Source of the DNA: Vicugna vicugna
Lineage: Eukaryota
Assembly (NCBI GenBank): GCA_013265495.1
Contig: MU058337.1
Coordinates: 3,254,686 to 3,318,685 of the forward strand
DNA length: 64,000 nucleotides
Direction: 5' to 3'
The stretch's first letter is position 1. Each line of letters starts with the position of its first letter. The position numbers and the translations under genes were made by a program. The notes under the pieces are model-generated. The model was not told where the DNA came from and made no database searches. It saw nothing but the letters and a program-made list of their open reading frames with translations. Shown in pieces: positions 27,076 to 39,110 of this stretch.

Positions 27076-29789
27076 ACCCTGAATAATCATCTGCCTTGAC
27101 TGGCCTTTACTGACAGCGTCCAAGCTAGTCCCCATCCCTCCCCGATTCCCCGCTTTCTCAGATTCCCTCACAGGTCCTTTGAATTCCTGTATTCTTTCTC
27201 CAGATATGCTAATGTATTTAATACTTTAGAGTTAAATTCTGCTGACCCTGCCGGCTTTCTGTCTCTTATAATGGAATTCTCTTCCTCACATGTTGGTTTC
27301 CCAGTTCTCCCAGGGCAATATTATTTCCCTCTTTTACTGGTGCTTGGGGGATTCTTCGTGTCTAACTCTTGTGCCAAGTAGAGCTTGGTGGCATAAAAAT
27401 GAATTGTGTGTTTGAGGAATGGTGAGTTGCCTCCTGGAATTACAAACCAGAAGTGCTGGGGGGAAAAGAGGGGGCTGGAATAGTCAGCCAAGGACGTAGT
27501 CAAAGGCCCAAGATCATTTGTCATGGACTTGGGCACAAGTAGATATTCGACTTGGTCAACTCAAGGCTCTCCTGTAATGCACAGCATAAGGGCAGTCATA
27601 TTTACTATACTGTCAAAGCTCACATGCAGCAAATCCAAGGTTACCTTGCATTTAGCCCTGCAGAAGTTCATTATTTGTCATGATATTCTTGTGGAGAGAA
27701 AGCTGAAAATCATTGCTCATCTTACTGCAATATTTTTAGAACTATAATATTGTATGTATGTTCTTTCTCTCCAATCTACTGTTTTTTAAAGAATTAGAGA
27801 CACTTAACATTTCCCGATGACAGTGCCTTAAAGATAGTACTGAGTGGAACAGAAATAAATTGATGACCAGGTAGATAAGAAATAGCTTTGTGTTGATTTT
27901 CAACATGTATCTCAGACTATGACTCAATTAACAGGTAATAAGAAATTTTAAAATAAGTATGTTAAATTAATGGATGAGAAGCCCTAAAAGGTAACACTGA
28001 GAATCTAAATTTTTCTCAAAATATTTATTGGTATGTTTATGGAATACAATAACACAAATAGAAGTTAAATTTATTCTAATCATCGTCAAGATTTTTGTAT
28101 AGATTAAGGACAGGTATCCAGAGTAGTTCTGAACTTTAAAAACTAAGTATTTACAGGAAAATAAAGAGCCTCTTTTAGGGGATTGAAATCGACTGAATAA
28201 ATCCATTGCCATTTCTAGCGGATAGAAGAAAAATTCAGTAACCTAATCATTTCATATTTTTATTGATATGATCAACCTGATAAAGAACTCTGAAAAATAT
28301 CAACAAATATCTGAAATAGTTTTACTAATTTTGACTTGAAAAAGTACGTGATGGATGGATATAAAACACACATATCTATTACCTTGAAAACTAAAGTACT
28401 TGTGGTTACAACATGGATTGCCTGCCATTAGTAATCACCAGTTGTACCAATGCAAGAACTTTAGAAAAAGAAAGAAAGAAACCCTGAGAAACACACAGAA
28501 TATCATATGAGGGAAGGAAAAGAAATATTTCTCCACATGCAGTTGGAGTCAAGAAAGTACTTCAGTGAAAATGTGATTGTAAGGAGTCTGTATTTATTTT
28601 TTTTCAATGACTGTTACAGCATTTTTTTTTTACATTTATATAGAAAAAGGTGATTTCAATAACTGCCTGTACTACAAACTCAGTCCAAGACCTTAAAAAT
28701 CAAGCTGTTCTGTCTGTTTCCCTCACAGGGACTAATACTAAAGCTCCTTAGGAATTACTTCATTGACAGTTTTGCTCATGATGGGCAAGGAAGCATAGAA
28801 GTCGACCACTCTCCTGTAACTAAATTGACTGCTTAGTTCTTGCAGCAGCAAAAACCACTTGTTCCTGTGTAAGGCAAACAGACTTCTGACCCAAAATAAC
28901 ACCAATAACAAATACGTTGAGAACAAAAGTGTCAATTTTGTATCATTTCTTTCCTTCATAAAATTGCACTTACAGTCTGTCTGATACACTGTATTTCTCA
29001 GTGATGTAAAGAAAAATATGAGATTCAATAGAGCATCACTGAGCCCTAGCAGTAGAATGAAAATAAAACCTCTGTCAAGACAAGATCGTTTGAAACTTTT
29101 ATTTTCTCTGTGTCTTGGTTACTTCCCAGATTTAAGTGTGTTATCTCAAAAATAGAAAAGAAAAGGAAAAAGAGGACTGATTGCTTTTAGTGGGAATTAA
29201 AAGGCAATTTTATTTTCTTGATAACATCATGGACTCACATATTTTTAATTTTTTTTTAATTTGAAAATGTAGAGCAATATTTAGATCTGTTTTGTATATT
29301 AAATATGCCAACTTATAAATAAATTAATACTCAGTGATAATAGAGAAAGAATGCGTAACACTCCTTAGAAGAGCATTTTGATGTATATTTGTTGCAAAAA
29401 TAATTGCCTTACATTTTTTAAAAGACTTCAACATCTAGAGATGCCCCCTAAGTAAAAACAGAAATGCAGACCAGTATTTATTGAATAAGCTTCATCAAAG
29501 AATTATACACAAAGATGAAAACTTATAATGTACATGACAAATACTAAAAGGATTACAAATTAAATCATGATTCATATATATCATTTCTGGAATTTTAATT
29601 TTTTTAATTCCTGAATTAGGTAACTATCCTTAGATAATTACATACATTTCTTTCCTCAATTCCCATTACACCTGTTACTAAGACCTGTCAGTGCTCATTG
29701 TAAACGTTTATCTGCTGCTTTTCTCCTTCTTTATCCTCTTCGCTGAGATATCAGTCTTTTCTTTTAGCTTCCCTGTAATAAGTGTTGTT

Positions 29790-30450
29790 GATACTTTTAT
29801 TCAGTAACTCCTTGATTGGTAAAAGTTAGGTTGCCTCTGAAAAGGTACTGTAATAGACATCATGGTAAAAGGATGTCATATTTCTGACAGGTGTGTGTGT
29901 ATGCAGTATGAACGTACTCAGTTTTTTACTGGAGATCCATCCTTAAATGAGGAATTGCTTGGTGAACAATTTTAGAGTTTTTGACGTGTGTAGCTGACCG
30001 CGCTCTCAGAAGCGCTGTGACACTCCTCTACCACCACAGTAGGAGGACAGATCGCTCCTGACTTTTCAATTCTGGCCCTAAACCTACCATAGACTCTTTC
30101 TAGCCACAAAGTTTCATCACTTCCCATTTCATCTTTCAGCTTTGGTTATGGTGATTTTTTGTGTGTCACAGCTTTAAACTTTTTATATAGTCAGTGTCTT
30201 CTTTTAGAGATTCTGTGGTATTCAGAATTTCTGTCATTTCCAAAAATATTTTTAAATCCCTATATTTGTACTATATCATTTCAGTTTTCACAAGTACCTT
30301 AATTTCCTGTGGAGTTTATTTTGATGTAAGATATGTATTAGGAATTTAAATATGCTATTTCCAAATGATTAACAGTTGCCCCATCATCTTTTATTAAATA
30401 ATCTTTCTCTACTGGCCTACTTGTCTCACTAGAATCATATTTTAAATTCT
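29790..30450 (-). mobile_element. Old L1 (L1ME-like) antisense fragment
   Basis: gaggaattgcttgg, ttttatatagtca, ggagtttattttgatgtaag, ccaaatgattaacagttgcccca. Confidence 0.65.
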
Positions 30451-30502
30451 TAGTGATAATTTAGAGAGCTTCCAATCACTCCAAAATACATGCATGTTCT
30501 AC

Positions 30503-30735
30503 CCTGATGGTACTTAATCTTCCCAGACCAAATTGTTTTTGTCACGTTCCCTTTACAATCCTGGAATGAAACTCATTTAATATAACCTACTTCACACATA
30601 TTTAAAAAAATCAACAAATTGATCTAATTGTGATATAAATGAAAAGAGAGAGGGATTCATGTTAAAATTATAGATGAATTTTTTCAGCACTTAAGTACTC
30701 ATATTCTAACACTATAATAAAGTAACTAGAATCTT
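30503..30735. mobile_element. hAT-Charlie7-like fragment
   Basis: ccctttacaatcctggaatgaaactcat..aatataacctac..aaaaaaatcaa. Confidence 0.6.
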
Positions 30736-30841
30736 AAACTGACTTGAAATAAGATGGGTATGAGAAAGGAAGTTAAGTAATATTTAACTTAATACTATCA
30801 CCGTTTCTGTTATTATATGTACACACACAGACACACATGCA

Positions 30842-31957
30842 CAGCTGGTTCTCATCGTCCAGTAGGTATGTTCTGGAAAGCCCCTGTGAACACTGGATTA
30901 GCAAATAGCAAGCAATTGCACACACAAGTGAAACACTTGAAGTGTGAGAGTCAGCCCACATTAGCTGAGAACAGAGTTTACCATGTTTCTGAGTCTGGGC
31001 AATGTGCAAGTCTCTTTGGCTTTCGGCCTCACAACTATCCACCCACTACAATATTTTTTGTCAGTTGTCAGCCCACGATTCCACAATGTGGCTTCTTTTC
31101 CATCTTTTCCATCACTTCATCACACACTGTTGATGGCATTGTGGACTTTCTGTAGATGTCCTGTATTATTGACAGGTTAACATTGAACTCACAGCCAACA
31201 GCACTAGAACACATTTTGTGTGTGTGTGTGTGTGTGTAGATACATATATATTCATATATAAATTATATATATAAATGGAATATTACTCACCATAAAAAAG
31301 AATGAAATCCTGCCATTTGCAACAACATGGGTGGACCTAGAGGGTCTCATACTAAGTGAAATAGGCCATACAAAGAAAGACAAATACTATATGATTTTGC
31401 TTTTACATGGAGTCTGAAAAATAAAACAAATGAACAAGCATAACAAAACAGAAACAGACTTACAGGTACAGAGAACAAACAGGTGGTAGCTAGAGAGGAA
31501 AGGGGAGGGTGGAAGAAAGAAATACGTGAAGGAACTTAAGAGGTACAAACTTCTAGTTAGAAAATAAATGAGTCAAGGGGATGAAACATACAGGGTGGGA
31601 AATATTGTCGCTAACTGTGTCATATTTTATATAGTCATATATCATAGCTGGACTGATGGTGGTGGCCATTTTGAAATGTATAGAGTTACAGAATCACTGT
31701 GTTTTGTAACAGGAAATAACAGTGTTGTAGGTCAATCATACTCCAAAAACAAACAAAACTGCAAAAACTCATAGAAAAACAGATTATATTTGTGGTGGGC
31801 TGTTGGGGGAAAGGGAATTGGATGAAGGCAGTCAAAAGGTACACAATTTCAGTTATAAGATAAATAGGTCCTAGGGAACCATTTTAAACAATGAAATCAT
31901 TGACAAAAAGCACCAAAATTTAAAAAAAAAAATAGTGACAGTAAACAGACTGTGAAA
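30842..31957 (-). mobile_element. TcMar-Tigger element (MER82/Tigger13-like), interrupted by L1
   Basis: TA-cagctggttctcat terminus; decayed transposase on the minus strand (SAVGCEFNVN..., VMEKMEK, RPKAKE, FSANVG*LSHFK); the element resumes after the L1 at about 31875 with the ATG context tttaaaATG. Confidence 0.8.
31217..31877 (+). mobile_element. L1 ORF2 C-terminus plus 3'UTR (L1MA9-like lineage), no poly-A; (TG)n at its 5' edge
   Basis: Encodes WVDLEGLILSEIGHTKKDKYYMILLLHGV* (ORF2p C-terminus), followed by L1 3'UTR. Confidence 0.9.
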
Positions 31958-32389
31958 CCCCAACTGCCATGATTTTTTGAATATTTTCATCATTCTCCTG
32001 AAAATACAAGAAGGGAAGAATGAATGACTAAAATTTAAGTAACTATTTGGGAGTCACCTGGAGTAGGCTGTGCAGCAGGAATGTGGCGACAGAGGGTTCT
32101 GCACACACCAGAAAGCAGCCGAGATAACTTGCCCGGGAGAAGAGGAGCTGGAAGATTCAGTCCCACCCTACCGATGACACGGAACGCATTTCTGACTTGA
32201 GGTTCTGAGAGTCTAGGTCAGCATGCTGGAATCCCGCGACAAATGACCAGCAAGGCACTGGGAGTGAAATAACTTCAAGTGGCCCAAATTAAAAGCTTTC
32301 TGCAAGACCTTGAACTATGGAGGTCTTTACGTGATCCAGGGTTAGGTAGGTCCAGTGACTGCGTCAGAGCAGGATTACTAAGTAACAGG

Positions 32390-32485
32390 CCCCAGGTAAC
32401 TCAGTTGCTAAGTGTTGAAGTTGGCATTTAAACACAGACTAGCCACAAGGGTGGTCTTTTAACAACGACACTGTATTGCTTCTAG
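32390..32485 (-). mobile_element. MIR fragment
   Basis: cccaggtaactcagttgctaagtgttgaagttggcatttaaacacag...cactgtattgcttct. Confidence 0.6.
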
Positions 32486-35400
32486 TATATTCCATACATC
32501 TTCTGATCGTCTTACCTGTTGGAGGCTTTTATTGAGTTTCATGTCCAATTTGACTATTTTCAATCACTCTCCAAGTGAACATCCCCTTGTATATCATATT
32601 ACAACACTTGAGGTCTCTGATATAATTCTCAAAAATGAAGCACATAGGTCAAAAGATAGGAACAATCCGGAGACTTTTCAAAAGTTAAATCAAATTGATT
32701 TCTAAGAAGTCTGTGTCTTCATTTTCATTTCCACAGGATGGAATCTCAGGTTTAAGAACCATGAATATTTTACATATATATTTTTAATTTTATAAGCCAA
32801 AAATAGTGAGCCAACTGCTATGGTCATTTATACTTTCTCACTAGAATTTTCTAAGCTTGGTGCACATCTGTTTACTTATTTTATTCAGTCTTTGATGAAG
32901 TGTTTGTATGGGTATAGCATGTATAAGAAATATTTTCAAATAAATACTGTAATTTATCACCTCTATAAATTAGGACATTTCTGATGTAGTTGCGCCAGTC
33001 CACTCAACTATTACTAAAAAGATAATTTACTAAATGAATTTCTATAGAAATAAAACAATCGTATTGATAGTTAAAGACATTCTAATAATAAATGATTAAA
33101 AGCTAGATGGAGGAAAGTTTCATCAACAGACTTTAGGAAAAAAATCTCAACAGTAGTCAAAACAATAGCCAAACACTTGAAGAAATTATTTTAGATAAAA
33201 ATGCAACATAATTAAGAAGTTAATACAACTAAGAAAGAGTCAGGTAGAGGAGAATGATCATAAGTAAATACAATTGGTAAAATGGAATTTTGCTCCACTT
33301 ACAATTTATATTATAGAGAGCTCTCCTCTGGTAATAGGCAAATAAGCACCTAAATAAATCTATAAAATGTTAAAGTCTGTCTGTAAATTGTAAAAAGTTA
33401 GCCTTAGCCTGGTCAGTCTTTTGAAATATCTCATATCTCATGAACTGTTGAAAATAAAAATTACATGCAAAAATGAGGCAATTCCTCAGGTAACTGTTAA
33501 TCAAAATATTTCTACTTGCTGCTAGATAATTTAATGCGAGATATGAAAGACTGATTTTGGGGCTGGGGGAAACATTAGCTATAGATGCCTGACAATGAAC
33601 ATTTGATGTCTGAAGACTTTGTAGAGGATTTAAGACAGCATTTTGTTAGTAGTTAATGAGTCTCAGAAAATCCATCAGCCTCGCATGTGATAAAGCTTTC
33701 TGTAACATATGATAAGATCTTTATGTGCAGGTGGAAACATTTCTTTACAGCTCCTTGCTTTCTCAACTCCTAGAGAACAAGGCCCACTGGACGTGCTCAT
33801 TGGACCAACCAAATGGAATCAATCAAAAGACTCACACAGCATCCGCAAACATCAGAGAAGACAAACAAGGAGAGGGCAAGAGCATGCATCTCCAGGGCTC
33901 TGTTTGTATAGGTCTGGCCTCTGTGAGCTCTAGCCCTGCTTAGTGCACTTGCTGGAGAGGCTTTGCTTAATGTACCGCCTAATGGCTTGGTTCTTCATAC
34001 CCGACACACTTCATTACAGCGCATATGTTACACCGCCTGTGTACAGACCAGGAGATAGAGTGCAAGAAGCGCACTCCCAACCCAAACAAACTTAAAAATT
34101 AATGCTGCCAAGGGCAGAAACGTATTCTGAATCTCCACGAGCTGGTATCTGTGCCAAATTAAAGGAATATCAAAGGGGCAATGAAGAAGTATGGCAGGAA
34201 ATAAAAAAGAGAAAAAACCCCTTTGGAGTCGAGTACTTCAATGGAAGGAAGAACGCGTTGCCTCCAAAAGTGCACTCACAGCCACGTACGGGAGCCACAG
34301 GTGTGCCTTCAATCCACTTTTCAATCCCTTGCAAATTGTCGACCTTTACAAAACTGCAGGCGATTCTCTAGTCAAGGTGAAGTGTAAACAGAGGTTTATG
34401 GCACAGCCCCTGAGTTCAGTGAGTTTGGAAGCTAGTAGGGAAACCAAGACACAGGCTTACTTAGTATTAATACTGCAAGGCAAAGATGAGTACACAGGGA
34501 TAGTTTTTGAATAGAACAAACGTGCTCTTGGAGTTTACAGGTGGAAAAACGAAGACTAAATCTCCAAATGTTCTCTCTGCTAGCACGATGATGCTCTTTC
34601 GCACTATTTGTAATTTAGCATTTTGTCCAAGGAACAAAACAAACAAAAATTTTAAATTATGTATGTACCATATCTTATGGAGCAAATTATGATATAGTTA
34701 AGAGACTTGAAAATGTAGATATGTAAATATCTCTAAAAACGGTGTGTTCGTTCCTTTCAGAAGCATATACTTAGCCAGTTTTTCTAACAATACGGTAGTG
34801 ATGTGTAAGTGCTACCAGCTACGTAGAAATGCTGGTCATGCAGGTACCAGTGTTTTGGTTTTCAGCACGACAGCCAGGTAAGAAACGGATGGTGCGAGGC
34901 AAAGTCGTAGTGCCAAGTGGGAATTTTACACGCTGTTCAAAACCTTTGACTGGCTTTCAAATGTAGTTATTTTGTTCAATTCCGTGGCTCACCAGAGCAT
35001 AAGTACCCAATCATGTGATGCTGTTTAATTCACGTGATTTATAAAAAGTCTTGGGGTTACAAAATTCAAGCGAAAACATTTTGTCTAGCACAATGTGAAC
35101 AAGCTATAGAGGTACAAATACACTTAGGAAGAGTCTCAAAAATATGCATTTTCTTTTAAGGGCTAGTTGAGGATTGGGCTCAGTGTATTTGAATATATCA
35201 ATCCTTTAGGCTTCAATCTTACTTTTTAATTCTTGAAAAAATCAGTTGAGTATTGTTACAGAATAAGGGATGGAAGAATCTGTATTGCTAAAGAAAATTC
35301 ATATGTGTTATCCACTAACAACTTTGTAAGTTTAAATACATGTATTTATAATATTAAGCTCTCTTTCCTCTCTAACAATAAAAACTTTTTAAAACAATAT

Positions 35401-35909
35401 TAGTGGAAATTTTAATATGATTCTCATGCAACTTTGATAGGATGTTATGCATTACACACAAGGATATATTTTTGCACTTCTATGACATTCTTTCTTCACA
35501 ATTTATGCTTCCATGTTTATTTTGATTTGAGAGGAAGAAGCAGTATCAACAATCATTAAATTCAGCTGCTGTACTTTTACTTAAGTTCAGGAAACAGAAA
35601 ACCCTTAGGGCAATAGGCAGATTCTCCAAATTCTTGTATGTAATTAGCCCAAGATTAACAGAATTTTTTTGTCTCAATGGAAATGATTAATGATGCTTTA
35701 ATTAATTTGCTGGCCTTGAACTTATAGGAAACTGTGCATCTCCAGGAAAGTGAAATTTTGGAAACCCTGTCATTAGGATAGCTCCTCAGAGATACTAAGC
35801 AAGAGACATAATAATTTAAAAACATATCAGTAGTTTCCGCCCTCATATTGATGTTTGGAATTAGAATAGAAATAAGACTGCATACTTATTTCTTCCTAGA
35901 TACTATTAT

Positions 35910-36075
35910 AAATATTTCAGTGCATTGACTCCTAACACTACAAGATAGGTGACATTGACTCCATTTTACAGAAGAGGAAACTGAAGTTTTGAAAGCAAAG
36001 TAACAGGATCAGATTCATGCAGAAAAGGTGGAATTTAGATGTAAGGACATTGTGATTATACCTGTCTTATTCACT
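35910..36075 (-). mobile_element. MIR
   Basis: Core ccattttacagaagaggaaactgaag. Confidence 0.75.
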
Positions 36076-36664
36076 TACACAAACCAAAAGGATTTTATTA
36101 GGGTAATAAAAAATGAGAGGTCCTGGAGAAGTGCTGGGCAGAGAACTCATAACCAAGATGATTACATAAAGCTGAGGCACCTGCGAAAGAAGTGTGGAAT
36201 TTCTCAGAAATGCCAAGTCAAGGAGGCGTGGAGGCCATCTGGGGAGAGAGTAGTATGTAGGCTAGCCCTACGCTACCCCAGAGTCCATGAAAAGTCTGGT
36301 ATTGCAAATGCAGAAAGCAAATTATATTCATAAGGGGGATTTTTTTTCTTACCGAGAACAAACAAATTTCTTCTGGTAAGTTCTTTTGGCAGAAGAACAT
36401 ATTCAGAGATGAGAAATAGATTTCATCCCATGTGCCATCTCTGGACCCTTGGCACTGGTAGTTGGGTGCATTAGTGGGGAAGAGCAAAGTGACATGCTTT
36501 CCCTTCTAGAACTAGAGAAATCCACTTCATCTTCAAATGCCCTAGGGAGCAGATACACAGGATGAATAAATTGATGGTGACGACTCTCAAATAATTTTGA
36601 CACATAATACATGCAGTCCACTCTGTGCATTTGACACTTGTGATACAGAAGTTTGTGCTGTTGC

Positions 36665-36845
36665 AGTGGATGGTTCTTAAACTGTACTGTTCATGTGTAT
36701 CTCTAGAGGTGTTGGCAGATTTCTGAGCCTCCATTCCCATGGATTCAGAAAACCAGAACAGGACACATGAACTGGCATTTTAAAAGGGCCTAGAACATTC
36801 CATTTTAGGCATCAGTTAATAGAATAAAAACACTGGGGAACACTA
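36665..36845. mobile_element. MER5-like hAT-Charlie MITE
   Basis: tggttcttaaact..gcagatttctgagcctcc..ctggcatttttaa..aacactag. Confidence 0.5.
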
Positions 36846-36899
36846 GTTTAGTATTTTTCCTCTTGACATGAGACAAAATACATATCACTACAAAAAAGA

Positions 36900-37310
36900 A
36901 AACCAACACTTCAGCCGCCCTCTGTTGACCCCCTACGCTCCACCACCTACTGCCACGTTTCTCTGCTCCTCTTTACAGGAAAATAAAAACATCCTTGAAG
37001 GACTTACTTCCCAGGCTGGTTCACTTTATCATACTCCATTCACTGTTAATCAATTCTAGTTCGATACCTGTCTTCACTACTCTATTGAAATCCTCTAGCC
37101 AGGATCACCAATGGCCACTTGTTCTTAAATCTCTTGAATCCAATCAACACCATCTCATGAAACCTTTCTCAAAGCATTTCATAGTTTTGGCCATTCCTCC
37201 TTTCAGAAACACTTTTTTCCACTTGATTTTGGGAAACAATTTTCTACTTCTTTATGATTTCACCATCAGGCTGTATTTATTCCTGGTCTCATTTTATCTG
37301 TGCACATCCT
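36900..37310 (+). mobile_element. L2 ORF2 remnant
   Basis: tctctgctcctctttac, ctactctattgaaa, gatcaccaatggcc and aagcatttcatagt match the decayed L2 RT region. Confidence 0.7.
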
Positions 37311-37772
37311 ATCTTTTATCTATAAATGGTATTTTTATTTCATTTTCTATGATTTCTGAATTTGCTGAAAATGAAGCATCTTTGCAACCACAATACATGG
37401 TCACAGTTTACCCTTCTATTTTACATATAAAATAAAATACAGGAATGCATATGGCAAAGGGTTGTTCAGTAAGTGTATTAATAAATACAATGCATTTGTT
37501 TACAATAGCTACATAAATATCATACCTGGGACTAAAGAGCTGCTTATTTTATAACTGTTCTCTCTTAAAGGATCACTAGTAATTGTGGACACAAACAAAA
37601 TCTTCTACATCCTTTAGATATTTCTTAGTGCAATTTTCTAGGCATATTGTTGGCTCTCTGAAGACTCTAGAGTCCATAGATGTGTATGAGATCCTTGAAA
37701 AAGAAAATATATTGTGTTGGAACAAATTTAGACACTGCAGTCAGAAAAACCTAGATTTTCATACCTCCCCAG

Positions 37773-37812
<40 letters not shown>
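37773..37812. repeat. Compound (AT)n(AG)n microsatellite
   Basis: Direct read. Confidence 0.95.
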
Positions 37813-38179
37813 GGAGAAGTAACTTAGGTTCACTGAATCTGATTCTCAGTATTGGAAAGATAGATGCTATTACAGTATCTAGGAAGGACATTGTCTGGAA
37901 TAGAACGGATATATGCATAAAAATCATCCAGCCCATGAGGTGTCAATAAGCAATCACTGTCATTTCCATGCATCACGCATCGCTGATGTTTTAAAAAGAA
38001 AGGAAAGGTTAAGTAGCGATTATCTAGATCACCTGTGATGTGAACAAGATGACAACAAGATGTAAGTCCATCCAGTGACGGTACAAATACACCCCAGGTG
38101 CTGGGGCGCTCCCAGTCTGCCAGGAGGGACTCACATCATTGGGAGTATGGTATCTCCTTTTCTGAGAGCCTTCTCAGTC

Positions 38180-39110
38180 TCTGTGCAATCACTCATTTGT
38201 TCTGTGGCCTTGGACAAGAAAACAAACCTCCTGGGTCTCAGTTTTCTCGTATATAAGGTAGAATTAATAGTCACGTTGTGGTGAAGATTAAGTTATTCAA
38301 TTCATGCTAAGTAGTACAGTACCTAGGAAACTATGTACTTAATAGTGTTAGTTATCATTATCCTTGTTTTATTTTAATCATATGTTGAGCTTTATGCCAC
38401 ATTCCTTATGTATACAGTCATTCATTCTCACAGGCTTTCTGTAGAAAAGTAAATTTTTCCCCTTTCCAGATGAGAAAACTGAGGTGCAAAGAGGCCGAAT
38501 GTTTTATTAAGGGTCCTATAGCAAGTAAGTGACAGAGCTGGGATTTGAGCCAAGTCTGTATCATTTCCAAGCCTAATCAACTCTCCAGCTAACTTGTCAT
38601 TATCATAGATGTCAATGTTCAGAGCTCTTTAAATGACTTTTTTAAACTTTTGTGATCATGTATCCTTTTCACTATTTAAAAATACGCACATACTTTTGTG
38701 AGTTTTAGGAAATATGAGTACAGCTGTTGCTTCATTTAATCTTCACGTTCACACACAGCCATAACTCATGAACTTGGTGTTGGGATTTCGTCTTGTAGAT
38801 GAGAAACTGAAGCTTAGATAGATTAGGTGACATTCCCAGGGGTAGATGATATCAGTGTCTATATCAATATAGGTAAATATCAATGAAAGCCACAGTTTAG
38901 TTTCTTATTGTCAAACACTTTACCAAAACTTTCCATACATTGACTCATGTCATTCTTCTAAAGAACTTGTCAAAGGATGATTCACACTTTACAGAGAAAG
39001 AAACAGGCTATAAGATACTACATTAACTTGCTCAAAATAATGCAAAATCTGGACTTGCCTAACTCCAATGCCCCTGCCTTCACAGTTTTGCAAAACTGCT
39101 TCCTGCTTAA
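38180..39110. mobile_element. Cluster of four MIRs (+ about 38180-38365; - about 38380-38590, 38700-38840, 38900-39110)
   Basis: MIR cores gtctcagttttctc, cagatgagaaaactgagg, gatgagaaactgaagcttaga, ctttacagagaaagaaacaggc. Confidence 0.75.

Noticed and set aside
34102..34514. Overlapping 89- and 107-aa ORFs in unique sequence
   Set aside because: No recognisable domain and no convincing splice sites or codon bias
36995..37435. 146-aa ORF, the longest in the track
   Set aside because: Lies in a decayed L2 and T-rich flank; the hydrophobic composition reflects base bias
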